Shown here: positions 1 through 8,886 of the stretch, in pieces
Layout of the letters: each line of letters begins with the position of its first letter
Numbering within the stretch: the stretch's first letter is position 1
Sequence record: MK817115.1
Length of the DNA: 64,000 bases
Strand: one strand, 5' to 3'
The notes under the pieces: model-generated
What the model saw: the letters and a program-made list of their open reading frames with translations, nothing else
Told to the model about the DNA's origin: nothing
The model's database searches: none
Position numbers and translations under genes: made by a program

Positions 1-465
1 CATTTTATCAATTTCTTGAGTCAAATCATCTCTACCTAGATATTCAAATACAGAATAAGTTAATTCGTCTGCACCTAACTGTTGGATAGTTGGAAGCTGT
101 GCAACCATATCTAAAGATACAGGTTCGATATATATTCTTTCAATATCAGAAGATTGTACAAATAGACAACCATCAGGTGTCGTATCTCTAACAATTTCGG
201 CATAATATGTATAAAGATAAAAAACATTAGACTCGGATGAGTCAGTTTCTACCCAAATCTCAGATTGTTTCATTTCATCTTTATGAAGAATTCGTTGAGT
301 AAATCCTATGTAAAAACCAAGATATAAATCATCATCAGTTTCAAACGGATTAAACATCAAATACGGATATTTGTCAAGGTACTCATTGAACTTACGCTGT
401 ACATCTCTATCACAATCCATGATATACTTTCGGAATTCAGAAATGATTATTTTTTCTAATGACAT
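1..465 (-). CDS. Hypothetical protein, 3' end runs off the window (MSLEKIIISEFRKYIMDC...)
   Basis: Read manually: ATG at 465, open for 155 codons to the window edge; directly follows the stop of the 468-665 gene; absent from the ORF track. Confidence 0.75.
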   Translation of the reverse strand, partial: MSLEKIIISEFRKYIMDCDRDVQRKFNEYLDKYPYLMFNPFETDDDLYLGFYIGFTQRILHKDEMKQSEIWVETDSSESNVFYLYTYYAEIVRDTTPDGCLFVQSSDIERIYIEPVSLDMVAQLPTIQQLGADELTYSVFEYLGRDDLTQEIDKM

Positions 466-467
466 AA

Positions 468-665
468 TCAATCCTCAAGATGCATGTAGTACATAAACAT
501 CGCCAACCATATAAAAAACCCGAAACAACGAAGTAAAATATCAATTGTTGGATCTGTCCCACCATTAACTTGGTAAACGATTACTGGGATTAAAGCAATA
601 GTAATAGACACAGCACATAAGATGAATGCAACAAACACCTCAAACATAAACTTAATCGTTTCCAT
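468..665 (-). CDS. Small membrane protein with two hydrophobic segments
   Basis: 65 aa with two predicted TM stretches; AAGGA SD upstream. Confidence 0.7.
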   Translation of the reverse strand: METIKFMFEVFVAFILCAVSITIALIPVIVYQVNGGTDPTIDILLRCFGFFIWLAMFMYYMHLED

Positions 666-1224
666 TATTATCCTTCAATGTGTAGTGTAGTACATCTAAA
701 AAGTTATACATTGATTCATTACGCACAACCTTGATTGTTAAATTACGACAACCCAACATACGTTTGAGGCGACGCTTCACCGCAGTTAAATCATGTGTAC
801 TATTCGTATACAGACCATTAACCTGACCTGGAACAGTTGGCACATGAAGAATGTAATCATAATTCATTAGTAAGCGTTGATTATATTTCTTTAATGCTTG
901 CTTGTATTCTGAAATATTTTCAAAGAATGTACAATAACGGTCGTAACGATTCATTTTATTCAAAATTGAAATACGAAAAGCGTTACCACTATTCCAATCA
1001 TCTTCAGTTGGGTTTGGGTTGATATGTGCCATGTTAGCTGTACTGTACCCACCACTTGTGAAAACTTCAGAATATCCATTCTCAAAAACATACAATGTTG
1101 CTTTGTGGCCTCTGAATTCTTTACGGTACTTTGACAGTACTTGGATGTGATTACGCTTGGACTTGTACATTTCGTAACCTTCATAATCTGAACTGAATTC
1201 ACAAATTTTATCAACACCAGCCAT
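652..1224 (-). CDS. Hypothetical phage protein
   Basis: 190-aa ORF, GAGGA SD, downstream of a consensus promoter. Confidence 0.75.
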   Translation of the reverse strand: MAGVDKICEFSSDYEGYEMYKSKRNHIQVLSKYRKEFRGHKATLYVFENGYSEVFTSGGYSTANMAHINPNPTEDDWNSGNAFRISILNKMNRYDRYCTFFENISEYKQALKKYNQRLLMNYDYILHVPTVPGQVNGLYTNSTHDLTAVKRRLKRMLGCRNLTIKVVRNESMYNFLDVLHYTLKDNNGND

Positions 1225-1256
1225 TTCGTATATCCTCGTTTAATTAATATAGGAGT

Positions 1257-1285
1257 ATTATACATACTCCATTTTCATGTGTCAA
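1257..1285 (-). promoter_or_regulatory. Sigma70 early promoter TTGACA-N17-TATAAT
   Basis: Perfect consensus read on the minus strand; the -10 lies within the inverted repeat GGAGTAT/ATACTCC (1252-1270). Confidence 0.85.
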
Positions 1286-1425
1286 GCTTTATAATACGGA
1301 AGACTTTTTACTAAAGATTCAGACGTATTATTTTTTACCCATGTACTACCGTTGTCATTAGATACGTATCCAGTACCATTAATAAATTTACGCATAATAC
1401 CAGTAAAAATATTAGTATACACCAT
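1282..1425 (-). CDS. 47-aa microprotein with an Asp-box-like SxDxGxTW motif
   Basis: Manually translated MVYTNIFTGIMRKFINGTGYVSNDNGSTWVKNNTSESLVKSLPYYKA; TAATG overlap with the upstream stop. Confidence 0.6.
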   Translation of the reverse strand: MVYTNIFTGIMRKFINGTGYVSNDNGSTWVKNNTSESLVKSLPYYKA

Positions 1426-1595
1426 TACTCAGTATCCTTTGGTTTAGAATGTAAACCATACTTTTCATCATAACGATCATAGGTAGTACCATTAGTACTA
1501 GCTTTGATGCTTTCAGTACGATTGATTGGTTCAATCTTAACACCACGATAACCAATCTCTTCTTTAAATTGTTCCCATGATTCACGTAAACTCAT
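1425..1595 (-). CDS. Small hypothetical protein (likely start MSLRES at 1595)
   Basis: Track ORF 1425-1622; ATG at 1595 is preceded by GGGG. Confidence 0.6.
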   Translation of the reverse strand: MSLRESWEQFKEEIGYRGVKIEPINRTESIKASTNGTTYDRYDEKYGLHSKPKDTE

Positions 1596-1609
1596 TTTAG
1601 CCCCTTTTG

Positions 1610-1753
1610 TTATTTCATACACTCACGTAGGTCAATCTTTTCAACTGAACCACCGAGTACTAGATAGTGAAAATTAGAATCTTTGTTTGCCATATTCAAA
1701 AGATCTGCTTTCTGTTGAAGCGTAAAGCGTGAAGTACTGTTACGTACTGGCAT
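1610..1753 (-). CDS. 47-aa microprotein
   Basis: Manually translated MPVRNSTSRFTLQQKADLL...RECMK; AAGGAG SD; fills the gap between genes. Confidence 0.65.
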   Translation of the reverse strand: MPVRNSTSRFTLQQKADLLNMANKDSNFHYLVLGGSVEKIDLRECMK

Positions 1754-1755
1754 AG

Positions 1756-2199
1756 TTACTCCTTAAAGTAGATATCACGAATTTGTTTAATCATCTCTAA
1801 CTCTTGAAGTCCTATCATACCAAAGTCTTCTTGTATTGTCAACTGCTGAAAGTACATTTCTTCTAAATTATTGTACGGAATCTCAACAAGATTCAAAGGC
1901 TCACTTTCCACACGATAAATTGTATCTTGTACATCATGCTTTTCGATATGAATACTAAATGTATCTTTTTGAATTCTAAATTTATAAAATGTTTGATTTG
2001 TTGTAAACAAACCAACTTTAGGATGGAATCCCATTTGAATACACAAACAATCTTCATCCTTATATTTCAAGTATATAGCTTTTGACGTTGCTAGTACTTT
2101 AGATTTTGGGAAATAAAAATCACCCATCAGCTTCTGACGTTTCCAGTCCTCATATACAACTGGATGCTTAACCTTCTTCAATTGGTGCAGTACTGTCAT
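1756..2199 (-). CDS. Hypothetical protein, FQxS-motif paralog family (divergent member)
   Basis: C-terminal LEEMYFQQLTIQEDFG. Confidence 0.7.
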   Translation of the reverse strand: MTVLHQLKKVKHPVVYEDWKRQKLMGDFYFPKSKVLATSKAIYLKYKDEDCLCIQMGFHPKVGLFTTNQTFYKFRIQKDTFSIHIEKHDVQDTIYRVESEPLNLVEIPYNNLEEMYFQQLTIQEDFGMIGLQELEMIKQIRDIYFKE

Positions 2200-2579
2200 A
2201 GTTTTTTCCAGTCCAATGAATCGAAATCGATTTGTTCAGGATTATCAACAGCGACAACTCGTGCATTATGAAGAGTTTCAAAGTAGCCGTTCCACGGTGT
2301 ACGTACTGGAATTTTTTCATCTCCAATTTTTACAAAGAAAGAGAATTCACATGACATTGGATCAAACCATTCTTTATGTTTGGCTTCATCGATTATTGTC
2401 GCACGTTCGTTACTATATGCATCATCGAGTTTCTTAAAGAATACCCAATGCTCTTTCAAAGACTGTAATGCTACAACTGCCTCATCCTTTGATTCCCATT
2501 GAACATCCAATGTATTGGTAACTGAATCTTCAGTTTCAGTGTCCCCTGTAGTGTAATGTACTTCAATGCTGTATTTCAT
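2196..2579 (-). CDS. Hypothetical phage protein
   Basis: 127-aa ORF with coupled start/stop overlaps. Confidence 0.7.
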   Translation of the reverse strand: MKYSIEVHYTTGDTETEDSVTNTLDVQWESKDEAVVALQSLKEHWVFFKKLDDAYSNERATIIDEAKHKEWFDPMSCEFSFFVKIGDEKIPVRTPWNGYFETLHNARVVAVDNPEQIDFDSLDWKKL

Positions 2580-3034
2580 TAATCATCGCCTTTTAATAAT
2601 TTACAAATTTCAATCATATGATAATAACATGTATTCCAAAATTGTCCATTAGTACTTCCAACATCATGCACAGTACTTTGTTGGAAAACATATTCATCGT
2701 TGAACATCATTTTAATATCATCAATGTAAAATTCTGGTTTTGAATCATTATTGTATTCAATACTCGTTTCACCATCTGGATCAAGTGAAATTGATGATAT
2801 GTCGTGAATTCCTCTCGGATTTGTTGGATAAATTCTCAACGTAAGAGGATAGAAGTCTGGATCGGTTTCATAAGTATATTCGATTATGTAATAACCATCA
2901 CCAGTAATTGATTGATATTTAAATGTAGTTTCAATTGAATTTGAGATGTTAAATCCCAGTTTCTTTATCTCATGTAGATGTGATAATATTTTATGTAAAG
3001 ATCCTAAAACATGAATCAAATTATCAATTTTCAT
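2579..3034 (-). CDS. Hypothetical protein, FQxS-motif paralog family
   Basis: NDEYVFQQSTVHDVG. Confidence 0.75.
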   Translation of the reverse strand: MKIDNLIHVLGSLHKILSHLHEIKKLGFNISNSIETTFKYQSITGDGYYIIEYTYETDPDFYPLTLRIYPTNPRGIHDISSISLDPDGETSIEYNNDSKPEFYIDDIKMMFNDEYVFQQSTVHDVGSTNGQFWNTCYYHMIEICKLLKGDD

Positions 3035-3573
3035 TTACGATCCTTTGAAAAGTTCAGTTTAAAAGTTTTACCAAATTCCATTGTAGCTTTATCCAGATTG
3101 TTAATATTTTCTTTCAACATTTCTTGCATCTTCCTAATACTTTCAATCCAGGCTTCTTCTTCGATACGAAGAATTGGTCGCAATCGTTCCTGAATATCGT
3201 TAAAACGTGTATTGAGTTCAACCAATGATTCATATGTGAAATCTTTCATATCGATAATAGTACTTCTTTGAAAGAATTCTTCTTCAGACAAATTACTTAA
3301 AATGATTTTATCACGACCAATAGATAATGTCAATTCATCATCTTTATTTTTTTTAATTACAATACTAACAGGTGTTTTTAATGTAATGCAAATATCATGA
3401 TTATTAAATGTTTCAGTTTGGTTTGACATTCTGAATTGAAGTTTCCCAGATAAAGCATGTACTGGTGATGGTTTCTTTTTACCAGTAATAACATCTTCCC
3501 ATGAATCGAGAATATTATTAATAATTTTAACATAAGGAATTGGCATATATGCACCTATGAAAAATCCACGCAA
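3031..3573 (-). CDS. Hypothetical protein, FQxS-motif paralog family (start may be the internal MPIPY)
   Basis: SEEEFFQRSTIIDM followed by a coiled-coil-like tail. Confidence 0.75.
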   Translation of the reverse strand: MRGFFIGAYMPIPYVKIINNILDSWEDVITGKKKPSPVHALSGKLQFRMSNQTETFNNHDICITLKTPVSIVIKKNKDDELTLSIGRDKIILSNLSEEEFFQRSTIIDMKDFTYESLVELNTRFNDIQERLRPILRIEEEAWIESIRKMQEMLKENINNLDKATMEFGKTFKLNFSKDRK

Positions 3574-3588
3574 TGCGTGGATTTGTAA

Positions 3589-4119
3589 TTATTCAAGTAT
3601 AGTAATTTCAATTAAACGAATTTCGATAAACTCGTTTTCAGTTTCCCATGACGTGCCAAATTTCTTTTCAAGTTCAGATTTCACATCACTTTTAAATTTT
3701 CCCATAGTATTAGGAATAATTTGTTTGGTTAATTTGTCGTAACCACAATAAAACATAGGTTTCTCCCTTCGAGATATTAGCTGAACAAAATCTTTTGGAT
3801 ATGCAGGTATGTTATGCATCACTTCATGAATACACTCAGTACTTGAATCTTGTACTTTGTACATTACATTAAGTTTACCTCTGAAATTTGCGGTCATATC
3901 AACAATAGTTCCTTTACCCGATTTAAGTAAAGTTCCATTCTTTGAATGAGAGCAATAAAATACCTCATCACCAATATTAGGATAATACAAATTAAATTCT
4001 AATTCAGATTTTACAGCCAGCCGTTTGAAACTTTCTGTACGTTTTATATAAGTTTGGTATTTGTTTATGTTCAAAAGAATATCTCTCTTAGTAAATGTGA
4101 TATAACTGGCATAGTCCAT
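3589..4119 (-). CDS. Hypothetical protein
   Basis: 176-aa ORF. Confidence 0.65.
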   Translation of the reverse strand: MDYASYITFTKRDILLNINKYQTYIKRTESFKRLAVKSELEFNLYYPNIGDEVFYCSHSKNGTLLKSGKGTIVDMTANFRGKLNVMYKVQDSSTECIHEVMHNIPAYPKDFVQLISRREKPMFYCGYDKLTKQIIPNTMGKFKSDVKSELEKKFGTSWETENEFIEIRLIEITILE

Positions 4120-4931
4120 CCATTCCCAAGCATTTTGTATGCTTGTGTCTTACTAGACACTTTAAAGAAATCTTCAGGAACACCCTGTAATTTACAACAT
4201 TCTACTACACTTAAGTGTCTATAGTCAATATTTCTTTTGCCATTCTCTAATAGATATTGACGACTGATCACTGGGTCACGAAACACCAATTGTCGTCTGG
4301 ATTTATTAAAGTACTGGTTACAATCACCACCTTTAAAATAGTTAGCATCTATACAGTACGAAGCGGTTCTGTCAGTGTACCAACCATCTTCAATAATATC
4401 TTGAAGTTTAGGTGCATTGGATAATGCAGGTGGTATAAAAAGCTTATCAGTACTGTACCAGTAATATCTCTGCCTGAAGTGAGGCGTATAATGCTGGGAG
4501 TTTATCAGTACTGGCGTGATTCCTAAAATACTATTAATGTATTCTTTGAAATCTTCCTTCATTTTAACATTTTCAAACAGAAATTTCAAGTTAGGATTGA
4601 GACTTTTGATATGATCAAAAATTTCAACCATTACTAAAAATAACTGCCCACGTATATCATTTAAACCACCCTGTTTACCTGCAACTGACCAGGCTTGGCA
4701 TGGGAAACCACCCATTAATAAATCTATTTTGTCCCACTCAATATCCCATTCTCTCCACTTAGTTACATCACCCAATTGGATAATATCAGGAAAGTTAGAT
4801 TGAGATTCAGCTATTGCGTACTTATCAATTTCGGATGAATAATATTTTTCAACTGGGATACCCGCATCTTGCAATGCCATATATCCCACACTCATTCCAT
4901 TAAAAAGAGAAAGTACTCGGATAGGTTTCAT
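4071..4931 (-). CDS. DNA (cytosine-5) methyltransferase
   Basis: Motifs I (SLFNG), IV (GFPCQ), VI (ENV), VIII (RQRYY) and X (LGNGW) in canonical order. Confidence 0.93.
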   Translation of the reverse strand: MKPIRVLSLFNGMSVGYMALQDAGIPVEKYYSSEIDKYAIAESQSNFPDIIQLGDVTKWREWDIEWDKIDLLMGGFPCQAWSVAGKQGGLNDIRGQLFLVMVEIFDHIKSLNPNLKFLFENVKMKEDFKEYINSILGITPVLINSQHYTPHFRQRYYWYSTDKLFIPPALSNAPKLQDIIEDGWYTDRTASYCIDANYFKGGDCNQYFNKSRRQLVFRDPVISRQYLLENGKRNIDYRHLSVVECCKLQGVPEDFFKVSSKTQAYKMLGNGWTMPVISHLLREIFF

Positions 4932-4968
4932 ATAAAATCCTTTTTATATTGTTAAGGTACTATAATAT

Positions 4969-4996
4969 ATTATAGCATCTTATTTAGAAATCTTCC
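4969..4996 (-). promoter_or_regulatory. Candidate middle-type promoter GGAAGA-N16-TATAAT with extended TG
   Basis: TGCTATAAT with a GRRA-type box at 16-nt spacing, upstream of the methyltransferase. Confidence 0.45.
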
Positions 4997-5274
4997 AAAC
5001 TTTTTTCATCACACCATCGTGATGTACAGATGATTGCAGATGCCAGAATTGAAGCACTTGCACGTCCTCCACCGAGTAAATACTGGCTAATTACGCCAAT
5101 CATATTGAACACTTTATCATACTCGGTTAGTTGTTCAAAACCTTTCTTCCAATGCTGATATTCTTCTTCTGTGACATTAAACTCACCATCAAGTTCCTTT
5201 AAAATCTTTTTAAGCACAGCACTATGTTCACTCATCATCATCTCCATATCGTTCGTCATAAAAATCATCATCAC
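4984..5274 (-). CDS. Hypothetical protein (true start probably an internal Met)
   Basis: ORF track; GGAG precedes the internal MMMSEH. Confidence 0.6.
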   Translation of the reverse strand: MMMIFMTNDMEMMMSEHSAVLKKILKELDGEFNVTEEEYQHWKKGFEQLTEYDKVFNMIGVISQYLLGGGRASASILASAIICTSRWCDEKSLEDF

Positions 5275-5313
5275 GATCTAATGGTTCTTTTGGCTTTTCA
5301 GACATATATTTCC

Positions 5314-5574
5314 TCACATGGTAAAGGTATTATCACCATCCATATCTTCATCAGTTGCTTCAGCTAATGTCTTGATTGTAAGTAATCCACGCTTCACGTA
5401 CAACATGAAGACCTTTTCATAATTACCAAACATAATCTCAGGTGACATGTAATTCTCTGTTACAATGACGATTGGACGGCCCTGTGAAAGCATACGAAAC
5501 ATAGTACGATATTTGTCAAATGTGCGAAATTCATCCATGTTCATCATGTGGCGTTTACGAACTACTTTAGTCAT
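5314..5574 (-). CDS. Hypothetical protein
   Basis: 86-aa ORF, AAGGT SD. Confidence 0.65.
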   Translation of the reverse strand: MTKVVRKRHMMNMDEFRTFDKYRTMFRMLSQGRPIVIVTENYMSPEIMFGNYEKVFMLYVKRGLLTIKTLAEATDEDMDGDNTFTM

Positions 5575-5588
5575 CTTATTACCTTTAG

Positions 5589-6029
5589 TTAATTGAACTC
5601 TACTTCTGGATAATGATTATAGAACATCTCACGAACTGCGTCAAGATGTTCTTGAAATTGTTTTATATCTTCTAATGATGGTGCATCAATAACAGTACTA
5701 AGTTGAAACAACGATTCTTCTGTGTTATATAGTGACATATCAAATGAATTATTGTTGTCATCAGTTATGATATTATCACAAATTTCGTAAGTGTCAATAC
5801 AAACATCATCAAGTGTTGTATTATCATATACAGTGTATACGAATACAAAAATAAAAGAAGAATGTTCTTTACCATAACGCGGTGGGTCATATGTCACATA
5901 GCATTTGTGATCAAATGTATCGAGTTCCATAGACACCACCCCAGCTTCACGATATTCATTAGTTTCACTGGTAAGATCCGGTATTGATGTTATCGAAAGT
6001 AAGTGGAGAAATTTACTTGGATTTAGCAT
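5589..6029 (-). CDS. Hypothetical protein, FQxS-motif paralog family
   Basis: TEESLFQLSTVIDA. Confidence 0.75.
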   Translation of the reverse strand: MLNPSKFLHLLSITSIPDLTSETNEYREAGVVSMELDTFDHKCYVTYDPPRYGKEHSSFIFVFVYTVYDNTTLDDVCIDTYEICDNIITDDNNNSFDMSLYNTEESLFQLSTVIDAPSLEDIKQFQEHLDAVREMFYNHYPEVEFN

Positions 6030-6484
6030 TTCACCACCATTGGATTTTGCGACTGTATATTAAAAAGGGATAATACAAAAGTACTCAATTTTTCGAAACA
6101 ATCTACTAATACATTTAACTCATCATAACTAACACCAATTTCACGAATAAGCGATTGTTGAAAGAATCCTTCTTCGGTTAACGTTAAACTACTAACCTCA
6201 GTTATGTTATAATAACTTTGGGATGTTGTGGTTGATATTAGTTGTATTGAAATCGTATCTGATGTTGTGTTGTACAGATATAAATATTTTGTTTTTCTTT
6301 CCAATGGATCTATACATGAAAGATCGATCATGTCATAGGTTTTTCCAATAAAAATATTACAATCATCTGACAATTCACAACAAATGCGTATATGTTCTTT
6401 CGGGTCATGAACACGTTGTGTGTCAAATTCACATGACATTGCAATTTCAAAATGATTTTTTATTTCGTCAACATTCATCTGCAC
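6023..6484 (-). CDS. Hypothetical protein, FQxS-motif paralog family
   Basis: TEEGFFQQSLIREIG. Confidence 0.75.
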   Translation of the reverse strand: MQMNVDEIKNHFEIAMSCEFDTQRVHDPKEHIRICCELSDDCNIFIGKTYDMIDLSCIDPLERKTKYLYLYNTTSDTISIQLISTTTSQSYYNITEVSSLTLTEEGFFQQSLIREIGVSYDELNVLVDCFEKLSTFVLSLFNIQSQNPMVVKC

Positions 6485-6852
6485 CCACCATTAATTCTTA
6501 TATTTGTATAGTTTAATGCTTTTTTAATAATACCAATTTCTGTAATTCCTATTACATTTTTCTCAATCAATGACAATTGGAATAGTTCCTCTTCGGAAAT
6601 ATCAATACTGTGGATTCTTGTACAATAATCGTTGAAGTCATATACATATCGTATTGTATAGTCGTTTATAGAAACTGATACAATTGCAATCCCATCATGG
6701 ATGTAAGTTAGTTCATTTGAGTATCTATTAAAAATTAACCTATCTGGTGAACCTATTGGTAGTTGAAATGTATTTCTAGTATCTTGAACAATAACAAAAT
6801 CATCATCTATATTTCTACTCAGAACACCCAAAATATCATATATAGTAGTCAT
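6475..6852 (-). CDS. Hypothetical protein, FQxS-motif paralog family
   Basis: SEEELFQLSLIEKN. Confidence 0.75.
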   Translation of the reverse strand: MTTIYDILGVLSRNIDDDFVIVQDTRNTFQLPIGSPDRLIFNRYSNELTYIHDGIAIVSVSINDYTIRYVYDFNDYCTRIHSIDISEEELFQLSLIEKNVIGITEIGIIKKALNYTNIRINGGCR

Positions 6853-6853
6853 G

Positions 6854-7258
6854 TTATTCTTTACCTTCAGCAGTTCTGATAATTTTCATAACTTCTCTGG
6901 ATAGTGCGTATATTTTTTTATAGTACTCAAATGTAACTGAACCAAAATCATTAATAGTACTAGCCATGAAGAACGATTCTTCTGTATATAGTTCATTTGA
7001 CAAAGCAACCAGTTCTTGGTGAAATTTTGCGTCCTTCCAATAACGAAATTCAAAAACAAATTGTCCGTCATGACCGACTCTACAACATTCAGAACGATCA
7101 CTGTCTACACAGCTAAACACAATATCCCTTTCAGAGTCGTACCAGATATTTCCAATATTTGTTTCAATAACAGCATAATCAATTTTTTTAGAATTTGGAA
7201 TTAAACCTTTTTTCACCAGCACTAAACTGGTATTATCAATATCTAGTAAACTTACCAT
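6854..7258 (-). CDS. Hypothetical protein, FQxS-motif paralog family
   Basis: TEESFFMASTINDFG. Confidence 0.75.
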   Translation of the reverse strand: MVSLLDIDNTSLVLVKKGLIPNSKKIDYAVIETNIGNIWYDSERDIVFSCVDSDRSECCRVGHDGQFVFEFRYWKDAKFHQELVALSNELYTEESFFMASTINDFGSVTFEYYKKIYALSREVMKIIRTAEGKE

Positions 7259-7259
7259 A

Positions 7260-7670
7260 TCAATTCCCCATTACTAAAGTGTTTTTAATCTCCAACAATT
7301 CACTATACATATTCTTCAATTGTAATATATCTTCAAAAGTAATACCACCAAGATCATCAACTAATGAACGTTGGAATAAAGATTCACTTGTTTGTAATGT
7401 ATCTAAATCGGTGATTTTTAATAAAGAACTTGGATTAAGTGTTTCGACTAGTAGTATGTTTTTGTATGGTACATATGTGATCTTGATGTTCTTTTTATAA
7501 TTAATCTTATAAAATCGCATAATTGACGATTCATCACTTAGTTGGATAATTGGGTCGTCTTGATCATTAGACCACCATACAGTACTAGTCATATGATTGA
7601 CGTGGTGGTTCAATTCTGATATGTCCAAATCTAAAAAATATTTTAGTTCATTGTGTAAATCTAAACTCAT
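7260..7670 (-). CDS. Hypothetical protein, FQxS-motif paralog family
   Basis: TSESLFQRSLVDDLG. Confidence 0.75.
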   Translation of the reverse strand: MSLDLHNELKYFLDLDISELNHHVNHMTSTVWWSNDQDDPIIQLSDESSIMRFYKINYKKNIKITYVPYKNILLVETLNPSSLLKITDLDTLQTSESLFQRSLVDDLGGITFEDILQLKNMYSELLEIKNTLVMGN

Positions 7671-7700
7671 AAATTTATCCTCAATGCAGCATCATCATGT

Positions 7701-7729
7701 ATTGTAGGATAAACCCACAATAATGTCAA
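7701..7729 (-). promoter_or_regulatory. Sigma70 early promoter TTGACA-N17-TACAAT
   Basis: Near-consensus boxes with 17-nt spacing upstream of the 7670 start. Confidence 0.8.
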
Positions 7730-8121
7730 GATGTGAAATAATTATACCAGTAATATAGTTCTTTTAATTCTTCAGTACTGAACAATACTTCTTCTATTGT
7801 AGATTGTTGAAAGTGATATTCATCATTTAGATACATAGAAATATTACTATATACTTTCCTATTGTATTGACATAAAAAAGAAGTTTTTTGATTAATGTAT
7901 TCAGTAAATGTTAATTTATCTAACTCAATATCGAATGATAATTTAATAATATGACTATTATCATTTACATACATTAGTTTCTTTGAAAAATGATCAATTG
8001 TAATATATTCTTTATGAGAGAACTGAAATATATTATTAAATTTATTACCATTTGTGCTTCTAAATTTTTCAAGGTAATAAGAAAGTGGTTTAATTATTGA
8101 AGTTCCAATATTGTTCTTCAT
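7726..8121 (-). CDS. Hypothetical protein, FQxS-motif paralog family
   Basis: NDEYHFQQSTIEEV; GAGGA SD. Confidence 0.75.
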   Translation of the reverse strand: MKNNIGTSIIKPLSYYLEKFRSTNGNKFNNIFQFSHKEYITIDHFSKKLMYVNDNSHIIKLSFDIELDKLTFTEYINQKTSFLCQYNRKVYSNISMYLNDEYHFQQSTIEEVLFSTEELKELYYWYNYFTS

Positions 8122-8142
8122 ATATCCTCAATTTTAGATAAG

Positions 8143-8166
8143 AAAAATGCCCCGAAGATCGGGGCA
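8143..8166 (-). terminator. Intrinsic terminator
   Basis: TGCCCCG/CGGGGCA stem followed by T5 on the minus strand. Confidence 0.85.
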
Positions 8167-8281
8167 GTACTAAAATGATTTTGTACCAAAAGGGGAATAA
8201 GAACAAAATGAAAATATAATAACGCATCATTATTATGTAAGGGAGGAAAGTAACATGATATGTTAACCATTTCTGGTATAT

Positions 8282-8833
8282 TTATTTATCATTTAATTCT
8301 TTAAGTTGGGTTTGTATATCTTTAGTTATATTTCGAATTTTCTTAAAGCAATAAACACTATCGTCCAATTCGATTTTAAGTTCATGTGTAAATGCATACA
8401 GAAGTTCAGCAAATACTAAATCTTGACGCATCCAGTTTCCATCTTTATATAAAGTCATTACACAATATGGGCATTCACTATTAGAAGTTTGCTTTCCAAT
8501 AAAAACACTTTGAATTGATTCATGCTTAAAGCCAATAAAACTTTCATTTATTTTTTTAATTTCAGTACTGATATCGAATTTAGCACTGGTGTTGATTGCA
8601 AAAATTTTATTCCCACTTTCATCAGTATTGATATTGAGTTCAATATCACTACCTAGTTTACGTACTGCTAGAGTATAAAGAAGTAATTCATACATGTCGT
8701 AACTTGTTACATTACCATTTGGTGCAATTACATCAACACTAACACCGTGCATTTTTACTTCTGTATTAAATCCATCTTTATCAGAAAGAAAATCAGTGAT
8801 TTGCTTTGTAAGGATTTTAATTTGGTCTATCAT
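8282..8833 (-). CDS. Hypothetical protein
   Basis: 183-aa ORF, AAGGA SD. Confidence 0.7.
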   Translation of the reverse strand: MIDQIKILTKQITDFLSDKDGFNTEVKMHGVSVDVIAPNGNVTSYDMYELLLYTLAVRKLGSDIELNINTDESGNKIFAINTSAKFDISTEIKKINESFIGFKHESIQSVFIGKQTSNSECPYCVMTLYKDGNWMRQDLVFAELLYAFTHELKIELDDSVYCFKKIRNITKDIQTQLKELNDK

Positions 8834-8853
8834 ATTTCATTTCCTTATGTGAT

Positions 8854-8878
8854 AAAAGCCTCCATAATGGAGGCTTTT
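8854..8878. terminator. Intrinsic terminator, potentially bidirectional
   Basis: AAAAGCCTCCAT-A-ATGGAGGCTTTT. Confidence 0.85.
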
Positions 8879-8886
8879 GTATTTAC

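Noticed and set aside
960-1265. Minus-strand 101-aa ORF overlapping 652-1224
   Set aside because: Alternate-frame overlap starting inside the promoter -10; the 652-1224 frame has the SD
6886-7101. Nested same-strand ORFs such as 6886-7101, 18051-18275, 34025-34255, 45280-45477 and 52150-52335
   Set aside because: Fully inside larger genes in another frame; no SD or motif support
8167-8281. Possible micro-ORF or sRNA between the 8282 stop and the terminator, downstream of GATAAATA
   Set aside because: No convincing SD/start and the frames run through the terminator; could not be supported
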